DNA of 63,954 nt, counting the filler, from Perkinsus chesapeaki ATCC PRA-425 (Eukaryota > Protista > Perkinsozoa), in assembly GCA_013115145.1 (NCBI GenBank). It is 12 parts of 12 records of this genome, joined end to end, with 100 filler letters (N's around TTAATTAATTAA, not from the genome) between each part and the next. Parts side by side here need not be neighbours in the genome. Positions count along the whole stretch, not along the records: positions 12,954 to 18,801 come from JAAPAO010001126.1; positions 18,902 to 22,011 come from JAAPAO010001458.1; positions 22,112 to 26,244 come from JAAPAO010001316.1; 9 more parts are not named here. One strand, 5' to 3'. Made by a program: the position numbers and the translations under genes. Below the pieces are notes generated by a model. That model was not told the DNA's origin and made no database searches. It was given only the letters and a program-made list of their open reading frames with translations. Shown here one piece after another: positions 12,954 to 24,577 of this stretch (positions within the stretch are counted from its first letter, which is position 1; the number at the start of each line of letters is the position of its first letter).

Positions 12954-13026
12954 CTCATTACATTTATATATTATTTTTATGCCTCCACTTCCTCATTACA
13001 TTTATATATTATTTTTATGCCTCCAC
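12954..13026. repeat. 38-bp AT-rich tandem repeat (~2 copies, cut by contig edge)
   Basis: CTCATTACATTTATATATTATTTTTATGCCTCCAC starts at 12954 and again at 12992. Confidence 0.85.
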
Positions 13027-13177
13027 CGGCGTTCATTATAATCGATGCAGGTTCGTGCCCCAGTAGAGTCATCTTATATGCGTCAACATCACCGTAAGCT
13101 ATTAACCAAATTGTGCGATGAGGCCGGCTTAATGTCCAGCGTGTTCTATCTTCCAGCCGAGGACTTCATAACAAGAA

Positions 13178-13227
13178 TGAGAGTAACCGAGGATCGAACC
13201 CGGGTGTTTGGGTTATGAAATGCCAGG
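13178..13227 (-). pseudogene. Degenerate tRNA 3'-half (Glu/Gly-like)
   Basis: Minus strand reads CCTGGCATTTCATAACCCAAACACCCGGGTTCGATCCTCGGTTACTCTCA. The 5-bp T-stem pairs fully (one G-T) around TTCGATC. No pairing 5' acceptor strand was found. Confidence 0.4.
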
Positions 13228-13728
13228 TTCACGATACGGACGAATACGCCGGCGATGACTATCAGGAGGACTTGCTGCAAGGGGATGAGCGGACAGAGAG
13301 GTGAGCCGTTGGGATTTGAGAGAAATTCGGTAGGAATAAATTCTCTTCAGTTACGCTCAGCAGCGGGGGTCTTCTGAGGAAGACGGTTCTTCTTCTGCTG
13401 AACCTTACGGTCGCCAAGGTGAGCTGCTGTCTCCTTTTTTGTGCAACACAACCACCGATTGTACATGCCAGAGCAGTTGTAGTCAGCACTGCCTGGCGGT
13501 TGGCGACGAATTTTAGACTCGAGTGAAAATTGCCCTATCCTTGTTTTTCAGGCGCTTCCAGCAATACTGTCGACCTTCTCGATCTGTGATGACGCTAGTT
13601 GAGGGCTCGTCTTAAAACAATTGCGGTTTATGACACTCCAAACATTTTCGTGTTTATCCAGTCGTCTTATGTTAAAGGTGATGTTAATGTGCAACAGCTA
13701 GAGGTGTCAGAAAGTGAGCGTTTGTATT

Positions 13729-15426
13729 ATGTCTAAATTGCCTGTTATCGCAGAGCTCAGGACTCAGCGGCTCTCCGTCAACCAGCTGCTGTTGACCGCT
13801 CAAGTTGCAGGGGAGTATCTTAGGTCGAACCATGCATCTCAGACAGGCACCTTAGGTATCCGATGGCCTCGAAACTTTATTACATTTTGTCTCGATGAGC
13901 ATCGGTTCGGCACTCCCGAAATCGTGAGCCTCGCGCGAGCCCTTACCGACACTGGCCCAGCATCTAATATGGAGCCTCTAGGGGAATGGTTCCTAAAGCA
14001 CCACCGTCATGGCAATTGGCCTCTGCGCGATCTGACACTTCTAGCTGCTGGTTTGGTCTGTGATACTCGCACGGAGCGATCGCACGATGTCGGCAATGTT
14101 CTGAAGGAGTTCTTGGTTGAAGTAGCCCGATCCGTTCTCGCCCGCAAGAAGGAGCTCGGAATGGTTGAGGATAAGGACTTGGCAAGACTGTTCAACTGTC
14201 TTAGCAAGTATCCTCGAAACGGTCGCCATTTCCCAGTGATAAAAAGTGTTTTCGACTGCAGTTTGAAGCGAGTCGTGGCGTTGTGTATGAAGGGCGACAT
14301 GAGCCCGATGAGCCTATCGTTGATTGTCAATGGCATGGGTAAAGTTATGATACCCGTCACAACAGTGGAAGTCCGAAGAAGCATGAAAACCATTCAAGAT
14401 GAGATGGTCAAGGCGCTCGATCGGGGCCGGCAGGGTTGGGACGACAGTATGGAGCCCCAGTGCGTACCCAATCTACTCAACGGTTTCTGCAAGCTCGGCT
14501 GCCTAAATCGGCAGTTCCTGGCGAAGGTCGATCCTTGCATATTGCCGGTGCTGAAAGATTCGCGTCATTTGGCTGTTCTGCTGCATGCCTTCGTGAAAGC
14601 CGGTGGTCGGCAGATTGTGAATGAGCAATGGAAGATGTATCTTTTCGAGTGTGCTGGGAACATAGGGCAATGGGTTAGCGCACAGGCGGCTGCTTGTTCG
14701 GTGGGGCATGCTGCTAGTCTTGGACTGGCCACTGATCAGCTGGTTCAAAGTTGCGACAGTTGGATTGATAAATTCACGCTAAGGGAATGCCTGTTGGTCG
14801 TGGAGCACTTACCCGAGAAGATGCTTCAAGATATTTTGAGGCGCGCAAGAATTGTTAGTGGAACTCTAGAAGAGGTATCGGATCTCCTATGGGCATTAGC
14901 CCAGCGGAATATCCGTTGTGATGGCATGGACACACTCATCCGAAATTCTATGATCAATGCTGGAAATCAAAAACTTCACCAATTCGGCCGCCTCGCTAAG
15001 TTGGCTGGAGCAGCGGGAGTGCTGCAATCGGAGCAAACTGATGAGATTATCGCTGTTTGCGAGCGAGTTGTTGACGAGCTCGGCCCTGCGGCCTTTGGCA
15101 TTGATGGACTTGAGCATGTTTTATTTGCTTTGGCTTTGAGTCATCGGCAGGACGTCGCATTTGCCAGTAGGCTACTGAATCATATAGGAGAGAATGATCG
15201 GCGAAAAGAGCGGGTCTCGGAGGAGCTATGGATTGTATTGATGAGTGTCGATTTGGACACCAGTACGTTATCAAATGATACTATCCTCAGCATAGTAAGC
15301 ATTGGGAAAATATATGCATGTGTTGAATGGGGAGGTTCTGATGGAAGTGTGCTGAATTTATGCGCTCCCAGCGCTACAGAGCGTATTTTTAGATGCTTCG
15401 CCGAGGAGACTTCAGGGCTCAACTGA
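13729..15426 (+). CDS. Alpha-helical repeat protein, HPR/OPR/RAP(FASTK)-like, probable organellar RNA-binding protein; 3' end probably spliced
   Basis: Long ORF with recurring degenerate motifs: PMSLSLIVNGMGKV, PQCVPNLLNGFCKLG, SRHLAVLLHAFVKAG, LEEVSDLLWALAQRN, LEHVLFALAL. There is a donor-like GTAAGC near 15295. Confidence 0.55.
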   Translation: MSKLPVIAELRTQRLSVNQLLLTAQVAGEYLRSNHASQTGTLGIRWPRNFITFCLDEHRFGTPEIVSLARALTDTGPASNMEPLGEWFLKHHRHGNWPLRDLTLLAAGLVCDTRTERSHDVGNVLKEFLVEVARSVLARKKELGMVEDKDLARLFNCLSKYPRNGRHFPVIKSVFDCSLKRVVALCMKGDMSPMSLSLIVNGMGKVMIPVTTVEVRRSMKTIQDEMVKALDRGRQGWDDSMEPQCVPNLLNGFCKLGCLNRQFLAKVDPCILPVLKDSRHLAVLLHAFVKAGGRQIVNEQWKMYLFECAGNIGQWVSAQAAACSVGHAASLGLATDQLVQSCDSWIDKFTLRECLLVVEHLPEKMLQDILRRARIVSGTLEEVSDLLWALAQRNIRCDGMDTLIRNSMINAGNQKLHQFGRLAKLAGAAGVLQSEQTDEIIAVCERVVDELGPAAFGIDGLEHVLFALALSHRQDVAFASRLLNHIGENDRRKERVSEELWIVLMSVDLDTSTLSNDTILSIVSIGKIYACVEWGGSDGSVLNLCAPSATERIFRCFAEETSGLN

Positions 15427-17118
15427 GCTCACTTTGTGAATTGGTTCACCAGGATAGTAACAGGTGCTCGTAAACTTGAATTGAATCTCGATTATTGAAA
15501 TAGTGGCCGCTCTTTTCCGATCTTCTTGGTATCCTGATTCGATGTCTCAGGCTCGTCGACTCTCCTCCATACCCGGGAATGTCTTACCTGACACTTCTAC
15601 CTGTTCCATTTACCAAGATATCTCGGGCTGTCTCGGTAGAAATCTAGTGCAGCAAAGTATTGGACCTAATTGGACAATTCACATTGCATGATGATGAGAG
15701 AGCCGGTCGATGCAGAGCTGAATGCGCCAGGCGGCGTCTCCAGTTTGACACTTGCCGTTTCTGATCCTCTTGCGCCCGCGTTCGTCACTCGCTCCAATCC
15801 CAGTATGTTAGTTATGCCGCCGTTATTCTATCGAAGGCACTGTTCCGCCCGGCTTTCCTGGACAGTGCTATCAGCGGCAGGTGTTGAACTGGCGACGGCA
15901 TCGGCAGCAGGACGGGAGAAAGTGATACGCGGCGCGGTGGTACCGTCCACGGCAGTTTGGGTGAGCCGAAAGTTTCGCACGTTGTGCCACCGTCAATGCC
16001 ATTGAAAATTTCCAGTTGATAAAGTGATATGATTATTTCAAGCCCTGCAATGCAGGGTGAGGAGGCTCCAGTAAGTCACTTACTGTAAGTGCCGTTCCTA
16101 CTTTTAACATCTAGTGTCCGTTTGATAAACCGGCGTAATAAGATTTTTTTATGTCACCTGAGAGCTATAGCGATATGGCCCTTTGCGGAACATGGACGAA
16201 CGCAGTACCATCGCTGTGGACGCTATCATCGCTTTGGCTATCGAATTCGACACCACCGATCCAGCTACTGATCTCCCACAGGGGAAAACCCAGGGTTACA
16301 GGTGACCTAAAATTTAGGCCCTATATAACACTGATCTTAAGTCCCGAAACTTTGAAGGAATAGCGGTACTATTTTTGATTGTGTTGACATACAATCCGGC
16401 GGATTGTAAGATTGAATCCGCTGTCTCCTTCAATAAAAGCTAGGCTAGGTGCAAAGTTTCACTATCGTTTGAACAAAACTGGTATCTTTATTTACAGGTG
16501 TTGAGTGCCTGTAATAGCACTACTATAGTAAGAGTTGTGTTTTGCTCTCTCAACCAATAGCTGCGCAAATTAAGCAGCTATTTGAGATAGCAATACATGC
16601 GCAGCGCAATACACTGCCTACTCGTACGAGTGTCATGTGACATCCACATTGTTATTCTTCTCGTTGATTTTTATGCGTGTTTTGGTCGATCTGTTATAGT
16701 ATACGATTTCAGTCCTCCGCAGAGGAGCCCAGTTCCATTGCCATCCGAACGCTGAGTCTGGCTGGATACTGTCGCTCATGCCGAAGCCCGATACGAGGCA
16801 GTTGTGTTGCATTCATTGAGCGACCAACAGATGACACAACCCTCAGGAAATTCACAGGTGACAACAGCAGCTCACAGTTGTTCCTGTTCATGTGGCTGTT
16901 GAGGTTTACGCATTGTAAAGGCTAAACTGAGGAAAAATTGTGCCAAACTCAGCATGGTCGATAATTGGTCGAAGAACGTTGTGTGTTCTATTAGTTCGCG
17001 GCGGGGGGCTTTTATAACAGTATATCTTCAGCATGAAATGTCGATTTAATGAATTGACTTTATAGCTACTGATTTACCGCGACTAGTCCAGAAGGATCTA
17101 CATTCCAATACTAGGCAA

Positions 17119-18145
17119 GTGGTTACCTTCGTTTCACATTCGTTGTTCGCTTGCTCAGTTCCATCCCCAATACCTTGCTGTTTGAGTAACGAGGTCGATC
17201 GATTTAAATATAAATTGCTCGACACGGCAGCGTTCGAGCTTCCTATGCACGAGGTCCCTGGTTCGAATCCTACTGAAGACACATTTATGAGCGTCTCGGC
17301 TCACGTTGATGATATTCATTTTGGGCATGATCGGTTGCGACCGTTTTTCATGATCCCCCAGGGCCGTCCTCTAGCCCGCATGTATGAGAATTTATCTCGA
17401 AGACGAGAATCTCTGTCGGCAGCTGGTGTGCTTAAACCTTTGAAATTGGTGGTACAGAGAGATAGACTCATGGCCTTGGTAAGTGGAAGGTGGAAAAACT
17501 ACCTTGTATTCATAACCGCTCAAACAGGTCTCGCTATATGGCTCAATGTAGAAGCTGTTTGACGGATTCGTGTCAGCTTCAACGACCTCGTTTGCTTTGC
17601 CATCATCCTTTACTTAGAGTAGTCTTTATAGGCAACGAACCTTGTGCGTGAAGCAGTTTGACTCTGCTGAAATTTTTGGAGTATACATTGTTCTAAATAT
17701 CACGACTCCAGCACGTTCCGAGCTTCCCGGGCCCTCAAGTGCACATGAGATGATTTGATGCACCGGGATCCTAGTTAGATCTCGGCGATCACGAGCCTGT
17801 AGACCTCCGCTCCGCGGCTGTCATTGCGGTATTGTTGTTCAGGACGGCAACAGGAGACTGGCCGTGATCAAGGCTCTTCATTGTCACCATCCCGAGGTAT
17901 TCGATGGTTGGTTGGATGAGTGTCAAGTTATCATTGATCCATCTCCAGCTAGAATCAAACGGAAAATAACGACATCTCCCCTCGTGGATGGTCGTACTGT
18001 TCGTTTTGAGGTACCAATAGCAGCGACTCTCACCAGCGTTCTCTTCATTCAAGAGATAACCCGCCACTCGGTTTTCAATCTGGACATGGTCTTATTCCCA
18101 TGCATGAAAATTTTCAGGCTTTGGCCTCGGAACAGTAACCGCTAG
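17119..18145 (+). CDS. Probable multi-exon hypothetical protein (fragments)
   Basis: Two open stretches (17119-17562 and ~17810-18145) with protein-like composition and a donor-like GTAAGT near 17479. No family recognised. Confidence 0.3.
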
Positions 18146-18901
18146 TCGCGGCCCGCGACGTCAAGTTTTCTTGTTAAGTCGATACGCCCGTGATGGAATC
18201 TCGGTTATAAAATTGCCTAAGCGAAATATTGAGAGCAGGATGATTGAATAGAGCTTTATCAGGCACACTGTGACGTCTCCGAGGAGGTGCCATACTGGGC
18301 CAAGGATCTCTACTTCGTCAACAAGATGCCTGCTTTTGCGAGACGCTTGGAGCTTGACGATACTACCACTTAACTAGACTGCCTAATGCATGGTTTCTGT
18401 TCACCTGGGTCGTTTCGCGGTCGTTTCAATTAGCTCTGGGGAAGTTATTTTATCCGAGCGAAGTTGATGCCATCACTTGAAGAGCAAGAGCTCCTCGACA
18501 ATTACCGAAACCCTCGTAATCCTGGAAAAGAGTACACCTTCTCCGAACACTGCCAGCCCAGGTGATTCAACTGCCACTCTGCCGAGCCCAGCACCGGCAA
18601 GACAATCGCTCGGTGCCGGCAGCTCATCTGAAAATGAAGAAGTTGATAATTTAGATGAAGTAGTCGCTGCACAGCAATCAGTGCAGACCGAGATAGACAT
18701 CACTGCGTGCCGAATTGGGTGAGACGAGGCGCCGACCGCAGTGCACATGCATGATCTCTACGTGTTTCAGAGAGCGATGTGAGAAAGAGCATAGTGAATT
18801 CNNNNNNNNNNNNNNNNNNNNNNNNNNNNNNNNNNNNNNNNNNNNTTAATTAATTAANNNNNNNNNNNNNNNNNNNNNNNNNNNNNNNNNNNNNNNNNNN
18901 N

Positions 18902-20659
18902 ATCACCATCAAATCTCATTGCAATAGCAGAGGCTGTACCAGGCTTGAAGAAGTTAGTCATCTGGAGATGAGCGCTGAGCTTCAATAGAGTCTTCAAGAT
19001 CTTAGCATCGAGACGGGATCCAACTTGATCTTCAACCTTAGCTGCCAACTCTTCGTTATAGAAAGGCTTACATTGACCAGTAGCAACCTTCTTAAAGTCA
19101 TCAAACATAGGTAGAGTGAGCTCGTAGTTAGATGTAAGAGCATCATAGATCCTCTCATAAGTAATAGCATTAGCCATTGTATCTCTAAATAAAGTATCCA
19201 ATTCACTCTTCTTAGACGGATCATTCTTAAAGTAATCAGCCAAAGCAAGATACTCATTAGTCTCCTTAGGGAAGAAGGTGAATATGAACTTGGCAGCAGT
19301 AATAAGATAAATAGCATGCTCAGGTGTGATCTTATTCTTAAGTACAAGATCCCAGACCAAGGCAGACTTCTTAGGATTATGCTTGAAGTGGCTAACATAA
19401 CGAAGAGTCTGTGCTAGCTTATCCAAGTCTTCACCCTGAAAACTAGGGTCGAAGAAACAAGTATAAGTAACAATACCATTAGCAAAGGAATCTACATAGA
19501 ATCTCTTGGGCTCGACGTTATGAGATCGGAAGCACTCGATAACCTCAGATATGTAAGCCTTTCCTTTACGATCGACATCATAAGCAGCAAACTGTAATAC
19601 TTGAGCACCAGACTTCTGCACCAAATTAGCAGGAGCATCGAACACCTTAACAACGGTATTACGACTGGCCATGGTCTGATCGATGAGGACTTGATAGAGC
19701 TTCTGAACTTCAGCGGACCTTTCCGCGAGGAATCGAGGAGTAGCCACAAGTTGGAGGTCAGTCTCATCCATCATATCCTCAAACTTGATACCAGACTCGA
19801 ACTGTTGCTTCTCAACAACAAATACACCAAGGGGGAACTTACCCTCAGGCATTGGAGGTTTCTCAGACTTTAAGAAAGTAATAGAGAAACCACAGTTCTC
19901 GGCGGACTTGAGATAGTCGGCAACCTTGGAGTCAGTAATAGCAACTTTATCAGGCTCCATGGTTGTCAAGTAGAAGGCCGAATCTGTATCTTCGATCTCA
20001 AAGTGGATATAGTCGGATTTGGTAGCCTGAGCAACCTTCTTAGCAGCCATAAGGCAATGAATATGCCTGGCAATCTGAGCACTGGTAAAATGCTTGAAGT
20101 AGCTAGGATGTAGGCCAAGCTCAGTGAAATAATAAACAATCTCTTGCCAAAGAGGAGCAGCAGCAAAGACACCTTCCTTCATGATTATAGAGAAGACTTG
20201 AGTCATCTTAGTCTCTAATTCCTCAGGAGTCAAAGAGATATTAGTATTCTTAACCTGCTCCTTCAATTCATTCTCCTTCTCGGGAGATAGATAACACATA
20301 CCATTATCACACTTAAGATCGAGTTGACCAAGAACATCCTTGATCTCATTATGATGATTGATCACAGCATCATGGATAGGAAGCATACCAAAACGATCAG
20401 GCTTCAGCTGAGCTCCCTCACCCAACAAGAAAAGGACAGCATCCATATGACCACCAGCAGCAGCCAAATGAAGAGGAGTTCTCTTATCATAATCTTGATC
20501 ATTAACTGATAGACCAGGGTTACTAGCCAAGAGCTCTTTCATACGATTAATATCGCCTTCATAAGCGGCCTCAAGAAGTGAAGAAACGTCACCTACACTG
20601 GAAGATGAGGCGCAGTCGACAAACGACTCATCGTTGGTTTGCTTGGTGGTTGAATCCAT
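18902..20659 (-). CDS. GDH2: Large NAD-specific glutamate dehydrogenase (fungal GDH2-type) with N-terminal ankyrin repeats; 3'-truncated by contig end
   Basis: Ankyrin motifs: LLEAAYEGD, QDYDKRTPLHLAAAGGH, DRFGMLPIHDA. The GDH2-type N-terminal region follows (EIVYYFTELGLHPSYF...IARHIHCLMAAKK; YVDSFANGIVTYT; HLQMTNFFKPGTASAIAMRFD). No introns over ~586 codons. The catalytic core lies beyond the contig edge. Confidence 0.85.
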
Positions 20660-21051
20660 ATTATAGACTTTATAAAATATAAACTACATTGAAAGAATTA
20701 TACTGAATGTTCCAACCCATTTTATGACACATATTATTATACATATTAACATGATCTGAAAGCTGTGTGAATGGAGCATATCTAGCTGAGCCTAGCGTGG
20801 GCTATGCCCTAGCTAGTAGGAGACAACTCGACTTCATTTGCAGGTATTGTGTTGGTTAAAGCTATATATTGCACTAACTAACCAAGATACTTCAGATACG
20901 AAGCATACACCTAACATCCGATGATTCGGAAACCAACTCTGATCGCAGTCCATATGCTGACTTGACAGGCTTTACAGGTCGCTGATGAAGGCAACGCTCA
21001 GAGTTCACGGAATCCAGGTGGAGAGATCGAAATAGGGCAGAAATACGACCA

Positions 21052-21390
21052 GCAGGATATCTAATACGCACTTCTCAAGTCTACTTCGATAAAGTGCTCG
21101 NNNNNNNNNNNNNNNNNNNNNNNNNNNNNNNNNNNNNNNNNNNNNNNNNNNNNNNNNNNNNNNNNNNNNNNNNNNNNNNNNNNNNNNNNNNNNNNNNNCG
21201 AGGATATCTAATACGCACTTCTCAAGTCTACTTCGATAAAGTGCTCGAGGATATCTAATACGCACTTCTCAAGTCTACTTCGATAAAATGCTCGAGGATA
21301 TCTAATACGCACTTCTCAAGTCTACTTCGATAAAATGCTCGAGGATATCTAATACGCACTTCTCAGGTCTACTTCGATAAAATGCTCGAG
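21052..21390. repeat. 47-bp minisatellite spanning an assembly gap
   Basis: Unit CGAGGATATCTAATACGCACTTCTCAAGTCTACTTCGATAAA(G/A)TGCT starts at 21199, 21246, 21293, 21340 and 21387, with one more copy before the gap. Confidence 0.95.
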
Positions 21391-22652
21391 GAAGGATACG
21401 TTGAGGTTGCGCCGAGCACCTTAGAAACCAGCGGTGGGGAGTACATCCCTCAAGAGGCTCCGAGCTAACTAAAATGTCGCATAATATTTCACTTGTGCAG
21501 CTGAGGAATCTGATCTTAGTGCGCCTATGTCTCTGCGAAAGCGCTAGCATAAATTCGCGTCTATAATTGAGCTAGTTAATGAAGAATACCTCACCTACTA
21601 CACGGAGTCAACCTGACTTAGTCAATCAAGTGCCAATCTCAATCGCCAGCTCCCAGCTGAGTCTCACAAGCAGCAGTTTATCCGACCAAACACTGAAGAA
21701 CGCAACTTCCCAAAAGGTCGAATAAGAAAATAAATGGCTGCAGAAAGGCGCTTTCGAACGAGGCAGAACCATCGCGGACCATTCATCCTTCTAATAGGAT
21801 ATAAAGGCACCACTACAATAAAGAGTACAGAAGGAAGTCAAGAGGCGAGCACGCAGCCACTCAACACCAGTTCTGTATATCGATAAATTTGAGATTTACA
21901 CGAGTTGTTCAATAGTCATTATTAACATGCTGTATGGCACCAAGATCTCTCGGTACCAATGCGTGTTACACAATTACTCATTACGACCAAGAAGAGATGC
22001 TTTACTAGCATNNNNNNNNNNNNNNNNNNNNNNNNNNNNNNNNNNNNNNNNNNNNTTAATTAATTAANNNNNNNNNNNNNNNNNNNNNNNNNNNNNNNNN
22101 NNNNNNNNNNNGAAACTCTTTCCAGAATGCAATATTTCAGAATGAGAAAAATCCCTTCCGAACATTTTGTGGCGCGTGACACTATAGGAAACTGGTGCGA
22201 TTCCGCTGAAAAGTACGCGGGTTTTCCCCGAGCCTCGACGAGCCTCGACGGAGCCTCGCCATACTACTCGGTATTTCAGAGATATACAGCGTCTCAGATA
22301 CCATTTCTGACTCGGGGGCTCTCGGTATTTCTGACTCGGGGGCTCGGTACAATGCTGATTGATTATGCCTGAGGCAGAGTTCGGTAAAAACAGTTTCGAA
22401 AAAAGTCCAACGAATGGGAGCCGAAGTCCAAAAGTGGTGGGCAAGTAATCAGAAGATATATATACAGGCAATATGCAACCCTCGGACTTCACCTACCACG
22501 GAAGTCTCGGATTATGCGGAACGGGTAGGGACGGAAAATCAATGGTGGGTGTATAGAATGCACTGTATTCTAGTGCACGTGTATCCTATTTATTATTTCT
22601 CTGGCGTCATCAAATGTCATGATCTTCTATCATGCCTCTGTCAGTCCGAATC

Positions 22653-23325
22653 AAACTATATTATACCTTGAACCGATGCCTCAAAACATTAGTCACAATT
22701 CTGTGAAACAAGCTAAGTGTTACGAACAAGCATATACTATGAGGAATATTGGATATCTGATTTACTCAATGTTACACTCATTGTCAGCGATTGGCAGCGC
22801 CTCAAACTTGCAGAATTAGAAGTCTAGGTATTCATTCTGACGGTCTGTACCGCGCTTGGACCCGATGATTCGATTAGTTACAGTTCTGGATACCCAGCCT
22901 AGAGTTCCGAGCAAGGATATAGTACAAGGAATATCGGTAATTAGGCCAACAGAGGCTTGCACTTATGGTGAAAGATTGGCGGTGCGGAAAATCAATGAAT
23001 TTCGAAGTCCAGTGGATTATTCTTGACAAACTACATTATACTTTGAACCGATGCTTCAGTACATTACTTACAATTCTGTGAGACAAGTTAGGTGTTCCGA
23101 ACAAGCATATACTATGAGGAATATTGGGTAACCGATTTATTCAATGTTACACGCATTGTCAGCGATTGGCAGCGCCTCAAACTTGCAAAATTAGAAGTCT
23201 AGGTATTCATTCTGAAGGTCTGTACCGCGCTTGGACCCGATGATTCGATGCATTTATTACAGTTCTGGATACCTAACCTGGTGTTCTGAGCGAGGATATA
23301 GTACAAGAAATATTGGTAACTAGGC
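22653..23325. repeat. Diverged ~300-bp direct duplication (period ~375 bp)
   Basis: 22653-22946 aligns with 23028-23325, sharing long identical blocks such as GAACAAGCATATACTATGAGGAATATTGG and CATTGTCAGCGATTGGCAGCGCCTCAAACTTGC. Confidence 0.9.
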
Positions 23326-23679
23326 AGGGATGCACGAGGAAGTCTCGCCGGCCCGGATGGCCATAGCGAGTTGCACACGTGGCACGCTATTTCGATGTAC
23401 GAGGTTACCGTTCAACTTGAACGGAATGAAACTTTAAAGAGCAGCCGCTCTGAGATTGTTAACGTGTTATGATAGTCGATGTGAGTGCGACCATCATCAT
23501 CGAGTCTGCCGCTGATTATCAGCGGCTGATGTACATGAGAGTCTCATGATTAGACTCCCATGATAGCAGGCGACTAATTCAGTGTGCACGACGTGCACTG
23601 CACGTGGTTCAAGTTTATGAAAGTAATGTAACGGGGGCTCCCTCAGGGAACTTGATCAGAGTTCGAGTGCGTTAATTAT

Positions 23680-23830
23680 GTGTCGATTACTCGAGCTTCT
23701 CAACTCGAGCCTCGAAGTTCGAGCCGAGTTTTGGCGGAGCTGCCGCGGGCTGAGCCCGAGCGAGCGAACCCATCTGGGGAACTCGAGCTTTCTCGCTCGA
23801 CTCGACTCGACTCGTCCGACTTAGAGCTCT
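23680..23830. repeat. CTCGA(G/C)-rich short-motif cluster resembling DNA-transposon subterminal repeats
   Basis: Repeated ACTCGAG, CTCGAC and TTCGAG motifs, including CTCGACTCGACTCGACTCG. A similar motif-dense stretch lies at 22112-22340 (GAGCCTCGAC repeats; ATTTCTGACTCGGGGGCTC twice). Confidence 0.45.
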
Positions 23831-23919
23831 GCTCTGAGAGGCTGCCTCTCTGGCTCAAGTTCTTTTTATAGTATTTGCTCTTCAACTCCCCCCTATTGCG
23901 TCGAGTTATACAGTTTGGT

Positions 23920-24264
23920 ATGGAAGATACTAACATGGTGACAGCTGATAACAAGAACCTACCAACCGGCGGTTTGGGCGAGCATGCAGAGGGCTCGCAA
24001 CCTGTGAATAATGACTCAAGAGACGAGAAAGCTCTTAAGAAGGAGCTCACAGGAAAGAGAATCTTACGCGGTCGACTCAAGGGAAAACTCCGAGATATTC
24101 AAGAAAGCATGCCTAACATCATGTTCGACGATGACGTAGAAGACCAAAGAGCCGCAGTCTTTGCGGACCTTCCACAAGGCAATGGCCAACCAATTAAGAT
24201 TCCGAGATATGGAAAACCAGCGTTCGCGAGAGCGATGAAGAGAAATCAACCTACCGTCGTTTAG
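23920..24264 (+). CDS. Hypothetical charged protein (~114 aa)
   Basis: ATG-initiated intronless ORF with basic and acidic patches. No family recognised. Confidence 0.3.
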   Translation: MEDTNMVTADNKNLPTGGLGEHAEGSQPVNNDSRDEKALKKELTGKRILRGRLKGKLRDIQESMPNIMFDDDVEDQRAAVFADLPQGNGQPIKIPRYGKPAFARAMKRNQPTVV

Positions 24265-24577
24265 TATCAGAGTTCGTCGACAAGGGCTGGTGGGAAGCGG
24301 AATCATTAGGGCAACAACAAGGTGTTATTTATTTGCCACACTCCCCAGCTTTCCTAGCGCAGAGAGAACGCAAGCCTAGGATTGTCTTAGATTGTCTTAG
24401 AAATCCTCGCTTAATGACATTAAATGGGATGACAAGACGAGCGGAATACCACAAATGTATTCCTCCGTAAGCTGTTTAACCTCTGACACCTCTGAAAGTG
24501 CTAATGTGAGCAAAGTCACTCAGTAAGGCAGTTGAACTGAATGGATGATGCGCTTAATGGAAATGACCAACGATATA

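Noticed and set aside
13964-15422. Many 60-130 aa ORFs antisense to or overlapping long genes (also over the GDH, chitinase, pol and Gag-like ORFs)
   Set aside because: Shadow ORFs of real coding sequence, with no motifs of their own.
21052-21390. CRISPR-like regular repeats (also 35949-36266, 39130-39605 and 42578-42823)
   Set aside because: Units are head-to-tail with no unique spacers, in a eukaryotic context without cas genes. They are minisatellites.
23848-23859. TCTGGCTCAAG resembling the 3' end of the perkinsid/dinoflagellate spliced leader (also GGCTCAAG at ~51779)
   Set aside because: Only 8-11 nt match, the CCGTAGCCAT 5' part is absent, and the first is not followed by a GT donor. 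The second lies in a probable coding exon. Compatible with chance.
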